The translations under genes and the position numbers were made by a program. From Chloroflexota bacterium (lineage in GTDB: Bacteria; Chloroflexota; Dehalococcoidia; SM23-28-2; RBG-16-64-32): a stretch of 62,314 nucleotides of DNA. Below the pieces are notes generated by a model. It searched no databases. It was given only the letters and a program-made list of their open reading frames with translations, and was not told where the DNA came from. The stretch covers positions 1 to 62,314 of the forward strand of contig DAINRO010000003.1 of NCBI GenBank assembly GCA_036741795.1, read 5' to 3'. Shown piece after piece: positions 20,137 through 28,981 of this stretch (position 1 is the first letter of the stretch; every line of letters starts with the position of its first letter).

Positions 20137-21594
20137 TCACTCCTTGCGAACCAGCTCCCGGAATAGGATTGCACCGATGAGAGCAAGGCATGCCAGCACA
20201 AGGATCGCAAGCGGCGTTTCCCAGGGCGAGGCGTCCTCCTCACCAACTGGAACAGGACGCACGTCGTCATCAGGGCGCCCGTCGTTTGACAGGATTGGCG
20301 CTCCGCTCCACCCGTCTTGGCCTTCAGGAGTCTCTCCGTAAATTGTCGCAACCGCCGGCCCGGCGGCGGCACTCCGAGCACTGCGAGTGCGTGATCCGCG
20401 CGAAGGGGAGGATACTGCGCCTTCGGGAGATCCCGGTACTGGTTCCGCCGGCTTGAGCGCCGCGTCATCGAACAACGCCGTTGCCGCAGCCTCCGAGTAT
20501 GGACGGAGCATCAGTCTAACCTTGGCGGTCCGTGCCTCTGCAGGCACCTGGACCGATCCGGTGGTCATTTCTTGAAACGACGAACTCGTCGTCACGACCG
20601 CAGAGTCATCCGAATCCATCGCCTGCCCGGAGCCGTCCTCCGACGCATACCACGACAGGCGTACGAAAGCCTCACCGCCAGACGGCTTTGCCCACGCCGA
20701 CGCCTCAATCCATGTTCCCGCAAGGACTCGAACAGTTTGGAATGCCCACTTCGTTGAGGTCGTCGACGAACTGAGCTCCAGCGACTGGCTTCCACTCACC
20801 CGGTCCGACTCCATAACCCGGTCCTGACCACCGATGTTGCGCCACCCGTAGGCCGTGCCGTCATCACGAATCAACTCGAAGCTGCCGTTGGTAAGGGTGT
20901 CGAAGGCAGCGGGTTCGGTATCGCCGGGCACGGGCGTTGGTGCGCCAGGGACTCCGGGTGGCCGCGGAGTTGTCGATGGGCGAGGCGTTGGATTGGGATT
21001 GGGTGCCGGTGTCGGTGTCGGCACGGGAGGCGGTGGAGGCGGCGGTTGCGTTGGTGCCGCCGTCGGTGGGGCGGGAGTTGCCAAAGCCGCAAGATTTGTG
21101 TCGTCGACGAGGGCGGTGAAGGGGCTATTCGCAATGACGAACAGGCCAACCCGCGCCATGGCTGCTCCTTGTGGAGCCGTTCGGAATCCCGTGCTCAGAG
21201 GCATATAGCCCGGGTTGTGGCTTGTTAGCCATGCCGAATCCGTTGTCGAGATCAGCGAGTAACCGGAATTCAGCCAGGAGATACGCAGAAAGACCCGGTC
21301 GATTCCAGGACTATTAGCAACCACCCAGGCAGAGAATTCATACGTCCAACCCGGTTGCACCGCTTTCCACTGGAAGACATCGACAGATTGTTCGAAGCTG
21401 GTGCTGGTCATCGCCAAAGACGCAGAACCGGAACGGGATTGCGCGGATGTTTGGAGCGCGGCGTCAAGACTTGCCCACCCCTCTATACCGCTCTCGAAGC
21501 CGGGATTGATCAATCCCTCCTCGCTCTGCGATGTCGAGGCAAGCAGCATCGCGGACATCGCCGCGAGAACCAGGGATACGCAGATTCTGCGCAA
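20137..21594 (-). CDS. secreted, C-terminally anchored protein with two CBM4_9-like jelly-roll modules and a Pro-rich linker
   Basis: 485 aa with a signal peptide (MRRICVSLVLAAMSAMLLAS). Two similar modules start NPGFESGIEGW and NGSFELIRDDGTAYGW; each carries ...SAW..., F(L/V)R(I/L)SW and ...DD(T/A)(N/A)L. PPPPPPPVPTPTPAPNPNPTP linker and a C-terminal TM helix with a basic tail. Confidence 0.5.
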   Translation of the reverse strand: MRRICVSLVLAAMSAMLLASTSQSEEGLINPGFESGIEGWASLDAALQTSAQSRSGSASLAMTSTSFEQSVDVFQWKAVQPGWTYEFSAWVVANSPGIDRVFLRISWLNSGYSLISTTDSAWLTSHNPGYMPLSTGFRTAPQGAAMARVGLFVIANSPFTALVDDTNLAALATPAPPTAAPTQPPPPPPPVPTPTPAPNPNPTPRPSTTPRPPGVPGAPTPVPGDTEPAAFDTLTNGSFELIRDDGTAYGWRNIGGQDRVMESDRVSGSQSLELSSSTTSTKWAFQTVRVLAGTWIEASAWAKPSGGEAFVRLSWYASEDGSGQAMDSDDSAVVTTSSSFQEMTTGSVQVPAEARTAKVRLMLRPYSEAAATALFDDAALKPAEPVPGSPEGAVSSPSRGSRTRSARSAAAGPAVATIYGETPEGQDGWSGAPILSNDGRPDDDVRPVPVGEEDASPWETPLAILVLACLALIGAILFRELVRKE

Positions 21595-21728
21595 GGGGCG
21601 GGGCTCTCCTCCAGTGGGGCTGCGCCGATACTAACCAACGAATGGCAGACTGCTAACGATTCTCGTCAGCGCAATGTGGATAAGTTGCTGTTTTCTGGCG
21701 CACACACCCGCAAGTTACACAGATCGGC

Positions 21729-21758
21729 TTGACATCCCCTGGAAGCTCCCAATAAATT
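21729..21758 (+). promoter_or_regulatory. near-consensus sigma-70-type promoter (-35 TTGACA, -10 TAAATT)
   Basis: TTGACA at 21729-21734, 18-nt spacer, TAAATT at 21753-21758 (alternatively ATAAAT with a 17-nt spacer). It would start transcription at about 21765. Confidence 0.45.
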
Positions 21759-21764
21759 GGCCTC

Positions 21765-21884
21765 GCTTCCCGCGTCGGGTGAGTGCTGAGATGAAGGGAC
21801 TCTACGGAGCGGACGGGCGACCGGTCGCCCGCCTGAGACCTCGAATCCAGGCGTGATCCCGGCACGGGAAGCTTTCCTTTTGCC
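21765..21884 (+). ncRNA. candidate structured RNA (sRNA or cis-regulatory leader) closed by a long-range helix and followed by a U-rich tract
   Basis: GCTTCCCG (21765-21772) pairs with CGGGAAGC (21865-21872), and TCGGG (21775-21779) pairs with CCCGG (21858-21862). Internal 18-nt perfect palindrome CGGGCGACCGGTCGCCCG (21814-21831) and a CTC-UACG-GAG tetraloop hairpin. TTTCCTTTTG follows the closing helix. No known family recognised. Confidence 0.3.
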
Positions 21885-22028
21885 AACAAACTTGCGGTTC
21901 GCGCAATCGCGGCTAACGGCGTACAATTACCTCGTGGTCAGCAAACTGACGCGAAACGGCGAGTGGACCTCGCTTTGATTTCCAAACCGAGTAGCGACCG
22001 GTCTTTCACCTGATTTGAAGGGAACCTT

Positions 22029-23024
22029 ATGACCTACACCATGTCCAATCCCTGGACTATCGAGGGACGCTATCTGGCCATTCAGAAGGCTGTTGGCGAC
22101 GTTTACGAGCAGTACTTCGCCAAGGGCCCAAGGTGGGTCGCGAAGCATCTCCCACAACGAAAAGAGATGGGCGACTACGCGGACAAGATGAGCGATGAGA
22201 CCAAGGAGATTCTTCTCGGGGACTTTGGCGTCGAGTCGTTCATTGAAGACTACGCAGTCATGGCAATCAACGCCTCAGGCGACAGCCTGAGCACCCGTCA
22301 GATTTACACCCAATGGGTGTTCGATGAGAACCGCCATGGCAAAGCCCTCTGGTACTGCCTCGCGGACTCCGGCCACTACACCCAGGCGGAGCTGGACGAG
22401 TACCACTACGAATGCGGACAGGATGTCTGGACTTTCGAGCGCCAGACGGGACATGAAGCCACTCCAGAACGCGGTGCGGCGTATGCGATTGCCCAGGAGC
22501 GGCAGACCAAGCGGAATTATCAGAAGCTGCAGAAGCGGATCTGGGAGGAGTACGGCAACCCAACGGACTCGAACGGAAGGCCGGTCTACCCGGCGATTTC
22601 CGGGGTTTGCCAGACGCTCGCCACGGACGAGGGGTTCCATGAGGGTGTGTTCCGCAAGATCACCCGGGCGTACCTCCGGTTCTGGCCGGACAAAGCGATC
22701 CAGGCGATGTGGGATGTTTACGAAAAGTACCGGATGCCGATCGTGAAACTCCCGAACGCCGAAGCATTCATCGAGGCCGTCCTCTCCACCGGCGTCGATT
22801 CCCCTCGAGACGTCATCACCAACGTCCTCAAGCCGACGTACGAGGGCCTCGGTTTCGAAAGCCGCGCTGCCCTTAAGCGCGCCGCTCGCGACAGCTGGGA
22901 CCTTCCGGAAAACGCCATCCTGGTTCTCGATGACGAAACACCTGATGATCTTCCCGCCGGCACCGAGCCCTATCGTGTTAACCACAACGGGACGTTTACC
23001 GCGGTCGCCGGCGGACTGGCTTAG
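22029..23024 (+). CDS. acyl-ACP desaturase-like di-iron (ferritin-like) oxidoreductase
   Basis: 331 aa. Two E-x-x-H di-iron motifs in the expected context (WVFDENRHG and LATDEGFHEGVF) plus QERQT, resembling soluble acyl-ACP desaturases (DesA-type). Confidence 0.65.
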   Translation: MTYTMSNPWTIEGRYLAIQKAVGDVYEQYFAKGPRWVAKHLPQRKEMGDYADKMSDETKEILLGDFGVESFIEDYAVMAINASGDSLSTRQIYTQWVFDENRHGKALWYCLADSGHYTQAELDEYHYECGQDVWTFERQTGHEATPERGAAYAIAQERQTKRNYQKLQKRIWEEYGNPTDSNGRPVYPAISGVCQTLATDEGFHEGVFRKITRAYLRFWPDKAIQAMWDVYEKYRMPIVKLPNAEAFIEAVLSTGVDSPRDVITNVLKPTYEGLGFESRAALKRAARDSWDLPENAILVLDDETPDDLPAGTEPYRVNHNGTFTAVAGGLA

Positions 23025-23190
23025 TTGCCAACGTCAGTGCCACCTGGTTCGCTCACTCGGAAACCCCGTAGCGTAGTATCGCTGTTAGGCCCTGCGGCGC
23101 GCCCTGCCTCCCCGCGCAACAGAGGATTGCGGACATCGCGAAGAGTTCACCAGGCACCATGAGGCGGGTCTGGAAGACAGGAGATGGGGC

Positions 23191-23463
23191 ATGGCCAGCC
23201 GGCTCTTCATAGGCAGCCTTTCCTGGGACACCTCTGACGAATCGCTCCGCGCCTTCTTCGAGCAGGTCGGCACGGTTGAAAGTGCAGAGGTGGCCCGTGA
23301 CAGATACACGGGAAAGTCCAAGGGGTTCGGGTTCGTCCAAATGGGTAGCGACGATGAAGCCCAAAAAGCAATCAAGGACCTCAATGGCCGGGAGCTCGAC
23401 GGCCGCAGCATCAACGTCGACGAAGCACGTCCTCCGCGCGAACGCAGCGAGCACAAGTACTAG
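23191..23463 (+). CDS. RRM-type RNA-binding protein
   Basis: 90 aa. RNP-2 LFIGSL and RNP-1 KGFGFVQM. Confidence 0.9.
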   Translation: MASRLFIGSLSWDTSDESLRAFFEQVGTVESAEVARDRYTGKSKGFGFVQMGSDDEAQKAIKDLNGRELDGRSINVDEARPPRERSEHKY

Positions 23464-23475
23464 AAGGGGTTCGTT

Positions 23476-23742
23476 CTGACACGTCTATACATCGGTAACC
23501 TGGCACACGAAACCACAGACGCAGATCTACAAGCGAAATTCTCGGAATTTGGATCAGTTAAGTCAGTCAAAGTGGCAGCAGACCGGCGGGGCAGGGCGAA
23601 GGGATTTGGCCACGTAGAGATGGGCGACGAAGCCGAGGCGCGCGCCGCCATCGAGGGGCTCCGGGGTACGCAACTCAATGGCCGCACGATGGACATTGTC
23701 CTCGAAGAGGGCAAGCGTGGCGGTGGCGGCCGTCGCCGTTAA
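23476..23742 (+). CDS. second RRM-type RNA-binding protein (non-canonical CTG start, or read-through product)
   Basis: Not in the ORF track. The frame is open from the TAG at 23461-23463 to the TAA at 23740-23742. It encodes (L/M)TRLYIGNL...RAKGFGHVEM...GKRGGGGRRR, with RNP-2, RNP-1 and an RGG tail. The only plausible initiator upstream of RNP-2 is CTG 23476, 6 nt after AAGGGG. Confidence 0.7.
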   Translation: MTRLYIGNLAHETTDADLQAKFSEFGSVKSVKVAADRRGRAKGFGHVEMGDEAEARAAIEGLRGTQLNGRTMDIVLEEGKRGGGGRRR

Positions 23743-23760
23743 GGCCATGCCTCACCCGGC

Positions 23761-24210
23761 GTGATCTATAACCTCGCACAGTACAACCTCGCTCGCCTGA
23801 AGGCCCCACTCGACGATCCCCTCATCGCCGACTTCGTCGCCGCCTTGGATCCCCTGAACAAGCTTGCCGATGAGTCCGATGGCTTCGTCTGGCGTCACCA
23901 GGACGAAAATGGCAACTCAACATCCGTCAGGGTCCGTGACGATCCGATGATCCTCATCAACTTTAGCGTCTGGCGAGACGTTGAATCGCTCTTTCAGTAC
24001 GCCTACCGCTCAGACCACGCCGCGGTCTATCGGCGCCGCCATGAGTTCTTTCATGTCTTCGATGGCGCCTACATGGTCCTCTGGTGGATTCCAGCCAGCC
24101 ATATCCCCTCCGTGCGAGAAGGTGAAGAGCGGCTGGACCACCTGCGCGAGCACGGCCCGACGGACCACGCTTTCACGTTCAAGTCCCGCTTCCCGCCGCC
24201 CGCGGATTGA
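23761..24210 (+). CDS. DUF3291 domain protein
   Basis: 149 aa. YNLAQYNLARLKAPLDDP...FVWRHQDE...NFSVWRDVESLFQYAY pattern as I recall for DUF3291. Confidence 0.6.
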   Translation: MIYNLAQYNLARLKAPLDDPLIADFVAALDPLNKLADESDGFVWRHQDENGNSTSVRVRDDPMILINFSVWRDVESLFQYAYRSDHAAVYRRRHEFFHVFDGAYMVLWWIPASHIPSVREGEERLDHLREHGPTDHAFTFKSRFPPPAD

Positions 24211-24255
24211 GCAGGATTCACGCGGCCGGACTGCTCCGGCCGCGTGAGGGTACCC

Positions 24256-24933
24256 CTATTGCACGAAGTTCCTGATCTGCTGGTAAGTGGTGAGATTGTC
24301 CTTGATCCCTGAATGGCTCAGGCATGTTGACTGCGTGTTCGTTGCGCCGGAAAGGATCGTACTCGTGTCCGGGTTGATCAGCTCATCGCAAGGAGACCAC
24401 CAGGTGCCGTAGTTAACGGCTCCGGGCGTTTCATCGCCGGAATTCAGCTGGTTCAGGAAGCTCGATCCGGGGAGCATCTGATTGCACGGGGAGAAGAAGA
24501 AGCAGCCATACGCCCAGGAGGTCCCATGGTTAGGGCCTGCAATCGAAACCCAATCATCGACGTGCGCGGTCCCTCCCAGGTTCTTCAAGTAGTAGCGGCT
24601 CGACAGGCCACCCATCGAGTGAGTGATGATGTCGACCTTCGCCGCACCCGTCGCTGCCTTGATCTCGTTCACCCGCTGGGAAACCGCCTGGGCTATGGTG
24701 GCGTTAGACTGCGTGCTACTGAACGTGTAGGCATAGAGACGGTTTGCCTCCCAGCCATCGGCCTGGAAACGAGAAATCACAGTGTTCCAGGTCGCCGCAT
24801 TGCTGGTGTAGCCGTGTACGAACAGGATCGGGTCCACGTGGCTCGCGCTTGCCTCTTCGCGCTCGCCGACCGGCGAAAAGAGCGCCAGTGCCGTCCCGAG
24901 CGCCGCCAACCCCGCGATAACAAATCTGCGCAT
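24256..24933 (-). CDS. secreted triacylglycerol lipase/esterase (Bacillus LipA-like alpha/beta hydrolase)
   Basis: Signal peptide MRRFVIAGLAALGTALALFSP. PILFVHGY oxyanion region and nucleophile elbow THSMGG followed by YYLKNLGG. Start reset to the ATG at 24931-24933, which has AAAGGGGG 6 nt upstream; the ORF track starts at 24972. Confidence 0.75.
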   Translation of the reverse strand: MRRFVIAGLAALGTALALFSPVGEREEASASHVDPILFVHGYTSNAATWNTVISRFQADGWEANRLYAYTFSSTQSNATIAQAVSQRVNEIKAATGAAKVDIITHSMGGLSSRYYLKNLGGTAHVDDWVSIAGPNHGTSWAYGCFFFSPCNQMLPGSSFLNQLNSGDETPGAVNYGTWWSPCDELINPDTSTILSGATNTQSTCLSHSGIKDNLTTYQQIRNFVQ

Positions 24934-25078
24934 GATGCACCCCCTTTTGGGCTTGGGCGCCGAGGGACCCACCAGCGGACATCACCCCTGCGCCGACTGG
25001 ATTGCGCCGCAAGTATGTGAATCCCTCCCGAAGCTGTCAAGAGTCATCTCACCGGGGATGTGGACAACCGAGGGCAAG

Positions 25079-25115
25079 AAAAAACGGGCGGGGCCTCAAG
25101 GCTCCGCCCGTTTTG
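25079..25115 (-). terminator. rho-independent terminator (bidirectional shape)
   Basis: Stem CGGGCGG (25085-25091) / CCGCCCG (25105-25111), flanked by AAAAAA on the plus strand (a T6 tail on the minus strand). Lies immediately downstream of the 25128-25451 gene. Confidence 0.7.
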
Positions 25116-25127
25116 GTTCGCTAATGC

Positions 25128-25451
25128 CTACCAGCGCTGAGAGCTGGCCTGGGGTCGCTTGCTGAAGCAGTCGCTGCAGTACACCGGCCGGTCTCCGCTG
25201 GGCAGGAAGGGAACTTCGGTTTCCTTACCGCACTGCGCGCAGACCGCGGGGTGCATCTCGCGTTGACGGCTGCCGCCGTAGCTGCCACCGCCACCGCCGT
25301 AGCCGCCTCCACCGCCACTGCGGCGGGCGCTTCGGCAACTGGGGCAACGCTTCGGGTCTGTGTAGCCCTTCTGCGCGTGAAATGCCTGGTCCTCGGCGGT
25401 AAAAGTGAACTCGGAGTTGCACTCAACGCATGTGAGGGTTCTGTCGCTCAT
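25128..25451 (-). CDS. zinc-ribbon protein with two CxxC-x17-CxxC modules joined by a Gly/Tyr-rich linker
   Basis: 107 aa. CVEC...CPSC and CAQC...CSDC pairs separated by RRSGGGGGYGGGGGSYGG. Confidence 0.6.
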   Translation of the reverse strand: MSDRTLTCVECNSEFTFTAEDQAFHAQKGYTDPKRCPSCRSARRSGGGGGYGGGGGSYGGSRQREMHPAVCAQCGKETEVPFLPSGDRPVYCSDCFSKRPQASSQRW

Positions 25452-25653
25452 TCGATGGTCTCCTTTCTTCGGTTTGGGCTAGGTCAACCATCGGAGCACT
25501 GTGACGGGGAAAAATCGCGGGGTCACGCAACGAGACGGACTGTTACCGCCACTCAGTGTACCACATCGCTCATTTGTTCCCGTCAAGAACGGGTAAGGGT
25601 TGACTAGCACGCTCCAACTGCCCTCGAGTCGTCTCTGCCTTAGACTTGTCACG

Positions 25654-26535
25654 ATGGACGTCCACCTCCTGGACGGAACGTATGAGTTGTTCCGCCACCA
25701 CTTCGCGCTGCCATCCCACGTAACCGCTCAGGGACGCGAAGTGGCAGCAACTCGCGGCGTGCTCGGTTCGGTTCTTGGACTGCTGGAATCCGGTGTCAAT
25801 CATATTGGCGTGGCGACTGACCACGTCGTGGAGTCCTTTCGCAACGACCTTTGGCCCGGCTACAAGACCTCCGCCGGGATGGACCCAAACCTCCTCGAGC
25901 AGTTTCCTTTGCTGGAAGAATCCCTCGCTGCGATGGGCGTCGTCGTTTGGCCAATGGTCGAACTCGAAGCAGACGACGCGCTCGCCTCTGCAGCCACCCA
26001 GGCTGCCGTCTCCGCGGACGTGGATCGAATCTTCATTTGCACCCCGGATAAGGACCTTGCCCAGTGTGTCGTCGGAGAACGGGTCGTCCAGTTGGACCGG
26101 CGGAAGCGGCTTGTGATCGATGAAACAGGTGTCATCGAAAAATTCGGCGTCTTCCCATCGTCAATTCCGGACTATCTAGCCCTTGTTGGTGACAGCGCCG
26201 ACGGCTTCCCCGGCCTTCCGGGGTGGGGCGCCCGCTCAGCCGCCGCGGTACTTGCTCGCTGGGGCCACCTTGAGGAAATCCCAGACGACACGACAGGGTG
26301 GAATGTCCAAATCCGCGGCATGGACCGCCTGGGCATTACCCTCCGGGAGGGTCGCGATCTTGCCTATCTCTTCCGCGACCTCGCGACGCTAAGAGCCGAT
26401 GCGAAGTTGTTCGAAACGATTGATGAACTGCGGTGGCGGGGTCCAACGAGCGAACTTGCAGCGATGGCCAGTTCCCTCGAATCCGCCGAGCTGGCCGAGA
26501 GAGCCTTACGTGCCGCCGAAAAGGTCAGGGCCTAG
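25654..26535 (+). CDS. 5'-3' exonuclease / flap endonuclease (Pol I N-terminal domain-like)
   Basis: PIN-like N-terminus (VHLLDGTYELFR), acidic clusters (EADD, TPDKD) and an H3TH motif (VGDSADGFPGLPGWG). Start placed at ATG 25654 (MDVHLLDG); the ORF track starts at 25600. Confidence 0.8.
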   Translation: MDVHLLDGTYELFRHHFALPSHVTAQGREVAATRGVLGSVLGLLESGVNHIGVATDHVVESFRNDLWPGYKTSAGMDPNLLEQFPLLEESLAAMGVVVWPMVELEADDALASAATQAAVSADVDRIFICTPDKDLAQCVVGERVVQLDRRKRLVIDETGVIEKFGVFPSSIPDYLALVGDSADGFPGLPGWGARSAAAVLARWGHLEEIPDDTTGWNVQIRGMDRLGITLREGRDLAYLFRDLATLRADAKLFETIDELRWRGPTSELAAMASSLESAELAERALRAAEKVRA

Positions 26536-26543
26536 CGAAGCCC

Positions 26544-28232
26544 CTATTCCCACTCAATCGTCCCGGGTGGCTTCGAGGTGATGTCGTATACCACCCGGTT
26601 CACCGCGGGTACCTCGTTCACGATCCTGTTGGCGATTCTCGCCAACAGGTCATAGGGCAACCGCGCCCAGTCCGCTGTCATCGCGTCTTCTGCCGTCACT
26701 GCGCGAAGCGCAACAACGTGTCCGTAAGTGCGGTAGTCGCCCATTACGCCGACGCTCTTCGTGTCCGTAAGTACTGCAAACGCCTGCCAGAGATCCCGGT
26801 ACAGGCCGGCGTTCTTGATCTCGTTCATCACGATCCAGTCGCACTCGCGCAGGGCATCCAGTTTCGCATTGGTGACTTCACCGATCACGCGTATAGCGAG
26901 ACCCGGCCCCGGGAACGGCTGCCTATAAACCATCTCTTCAGGCAAACCAAGGGCAAGACCAACCCTGCGCACTTCATCCTTGAAGAGGTAGCGAAGCGGC
27001 TCAACCAATTGGAACGTCATCTCGCTTGGCAAGCCACCCACGTTGTGGTGAGTCTTGATTGTCGCTGCAACTTTGGACTTCGCACCGGCAGTCGCGTGCG
27101 CGCCAGACTCAATCACGTCCGGGTAAGTCGTTCCCTGGGCGATAAAGTCCGCTCTCGCCGAAGTCACGCCGGGAAACAGCCTGTCCGTTTCCTCCTCGAA
27201 GATCCGGATGAACGTCTCGCCCACGATCTTCCGCTTCTGTTCGGGGTCGGTCACGCCGTCCAGATTATTGAGGAACCGGTCGGCAGCATCGGTGTGGACC
27301 AGGTCGATGTTCAGGTGCCGCTTGAATGTATCGACCACTCGCTCGGGCTCTTCCTTGCGAAGGAGGCCGTTGTCGACGAACACGCACGTGAGCTGGTCTC
27401 CGATTGCCCGGTGCACAAGTGCGGCCGTGACGGCCGAGTCGACTCCGCCCGACAGTGCGCAGATCACCCTTCCGTCTCCGACCTGCGCGCGGATGCTATT
27501 GATCGAGTCGGCGATGAAGTTGCCCTCGTTCCAGTCACCACGGCAGCCGCAAATCTTGTAAAGCCAGTTCTCCAGCACTGCCTTCCCATTTGGCGTGTGC
27601 ACGACCTCAGGATGAAACTGGATCCCGATGTATCCCTTGTCGTTGGTCATCGCAGCGAAGGGCGATGAGTCCGACGAGGCGAACGATCGAAACCCCGGCG
27701 GCATATCGGTGATCCGGTCCCCGTGAGACATCCAGACAGGCAGCGAAGCGGGAAGGCTGGCAAACAGCGGCGAGTCGGACGCGTGATGGATGACGGCGTG
27801 GCCGAATTCCCGCGCAGGCGCCGGTTCCACGCGGCCACCGAGCTGGTGTGCCAGCAACTGCATCCCGTAGCAGATCCCGAGGATCGGAAGCCCCGAATCG
27901 TAGATGTGCGCGGGCACCTGGGGCGCATCCTCTTCATATACGGAGGCGGGCCCCCCCGACAGGATGAAGCCAGCGGGGTTGAGCGCTCTGACATGCTCCC
28001 ACGGGGTGTCGAAAGGTACCAGCTCCGAGAAGACGCCGCACTCGCGGACGCGGCGAGCAATCAGCATCGAGTACTGCGAGCCAAAGTCGAGTACGACGAT
28101 CGTTTGTGTGTGTTGTTCTGCGGGGGGCGGTGCAGCCGTGGCTGAGGGTGACTCCGCGGCCTGGAGATAGCCCGAAACTTCGAGGTCTTCCGAGGTTGGG
28201 TGAGAGCGGGCGGGATCGTCTGGTGGGTTCAT
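26544..28232 (-). CDS. guaA: GMP synthase (glutamine-hydrolysing)
   Basis: 562 aa. GATase motif (GICYGMQLL), ATP-PPase P-loop (SGGVDSAV) and the typical C-terminus ...KPPGTIEWE. About 45-aa N-terminal extension, so the start is uncertain. Confidence 0.95.
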   Translation of the reverse strand: MNPPDDPARSHPTSEDLEVSGYLQAAESPSATAAPPPAEQHTQTIVVLDFGSQYSMLIARRVRECGVFSELVPFDTPWEHVRALNPAGFILSGGPASVYEEDAPQVPAHIYDSGLPILGICYGMQLLAHQLGGRVEPAPAREFGHAVIHHASDSPLFASLPASLPVWMSHGDRITDMPPGFRSFASSDSSPFAAMTNDKGYIGIQFHPEVVHTPNGKAVLENWLYKICGCRGDWNEGNFIADSINSIRAQVGDGRVICALSGGVDSAVTAALVHRAIGDQLTCVFVDNGLLRKEEPERVVDTFKRHLNIDLVHTDAADRFLNNLDGVTDPEQKRKIVGETFIRIFEEETDRLFPGVTSARADFIAQGTTYPDVIESGAHATAGAKSKVAATIKTHHNVGGLPSEMTFQLVEPLRYLFKDEVRRVGLALGLPEEMVYRQPFPGPGLAIRVIGEVTNAKLDALRECDWIVMNEIKNAGLYRDLWQAFAVLTDTKSVGVMGDYRTYGHVVALRAVTAEDAMTADWARLPYDLLARIANRIVNEVPAVNRVVYDITSKPPGTIEWE

Positions 28233-28330
28233 GTACGAATGATAGCAGGCGCACCAGACGGGGTGCGAGGCGGCCGCGATACGGTCTTGTGGATTGGCGG
28301 ACTCCTTCCAGTTCCGCTACGCTCTGAGGG

Positions 28331-28981
28331 ATGGCTGAGATCGTCTCCGAACGCGCACCGGGGTTGATCGACCACGCAGTCGCCCTCTTGCGCGACGGAG
28401 AACTGATCACTTATCCCACAGACACTTTGTACGGGCTTGGCGCCGCTTCCCGAAACGACGGGGCAGTACGCAAGCTATTCGCTGTCAAAGGCAGGCCACC
28501 GTCGCAAGCGCTCCCACTCCTGGTCTCGGACCCGGTGATGGCGGAGTGGGTGGCACAGGTGCCCCCCCTCGGGCATCGTCTAATGTCTTCCTTTTGGCCC
28601 GGCGCCCTCACGATCGTCATGACTCGCAGCGAAGACTTCCATTCCGTGGCCCTCTCCGGAGGGCAGACCGCCGCGCTCAGGGCGCCCGCCCACGGTTTCG
28701 TGCGCGAACTCATCCACGCCCTCGGCGAACCTATCACTGGCACGAGCGCCAATCGCTCGGGAAGTCGGCCACCGGCGTCCGCCCAAGAGATCGCCTTTCA
28801 GTTGGGCCAGATGGTGGCGCTTGTCATCGACGGTGGCACGGTGGGTAGGGGAGTGGAATCGACGATTGTCGACATAACGGGAGAAGCCGGTCCAGTGGTC
28901 ATCCGCGCCGGAGCGATCAGCTCCTTTGAGATCGAACAAGCGATCGGAGTGAGTGTCAGATCGTCAGAGGACGCTGGTTGA
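28331..28981 (+). CDS. tsaC: L-threonylcarbamoyladenylate synthase (TsaC/YrdC/Sua5 family)
   Basis: 216 aa. YPTDTLYGLGA and TSANRSG motifs. Confidence 0.85.
   Translation: MAEIVSERAPGLIDHAVALLRDGELITYPTDTLYGLGAASRNDGAVRKLFAVKGRPPSQALPLLVSDPVMAEWVAQVPPLGHRLMSSFWPGALTIVMTRSEDFHSVALSGGQTAALRAPAHGFVRELIHALGEPITGTSANRSGSRPPASAQEIAFQLGQMVALVIDGGTVGRGVESTIVDITGEAGPVVIRAGAISSFEIEQAIGVSVRSSEDAG

Noticed and set aside
20097-20468. N-terminal 124-aa extension of the cmk ORF
   Set aside because: It overlaps the 3' end of the upstream gene by about 330 nt and has no kinase-like sequence. An ATG at 20094-20096 gives a normal-length Cmk just upstream of the P-loop.
20930-21075. Apparent GC-rich tandem repeat (ggtggaggcggcgg...)
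   Set aside because: It is the minus-strand coding sequence of the Pro/Thr/Ala-rich linker of the CBM-like protein, not an independent repeat or array.
21838-21856. tRNA-like T-arm suggested by TCGAATCC
   Set aside because: No GG-TTCGAAT-CC stem can be formed, and there is no acceptor, D or anticodon arm around it.
21674-21856. 60-aa ORF in the desaturase upstream region
   Set aside because: It spans the predicted promoter and the structured element, has no Shine-Dalgarno sequence and has an unremarkable composition. An RNA-level function is more plausible.
21778-21872. Possible TPP (THI-box) riboswitch, because of GGGTGAG...GCTGAGA and CCTGAGACC...CGGGAAG strings
   Set aside because: The pyrophosphate-sensing half (CCTGATC-GG-TAAT-CC-GCG-AGGGA) cannot be aligned. 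The P4/P5 helices are not formed by the local sequence, and the downstream gene is a desaturase-like protein, not a thiamine gene.
25262-25325. Repetitive gccacc/gccgcc tract
   Set aside because: It encodes the Gly/Tyr-rich linker of the zinc-ribbon protein on the minus strand. It is not a CRISPR or a non-coding microsatellite.
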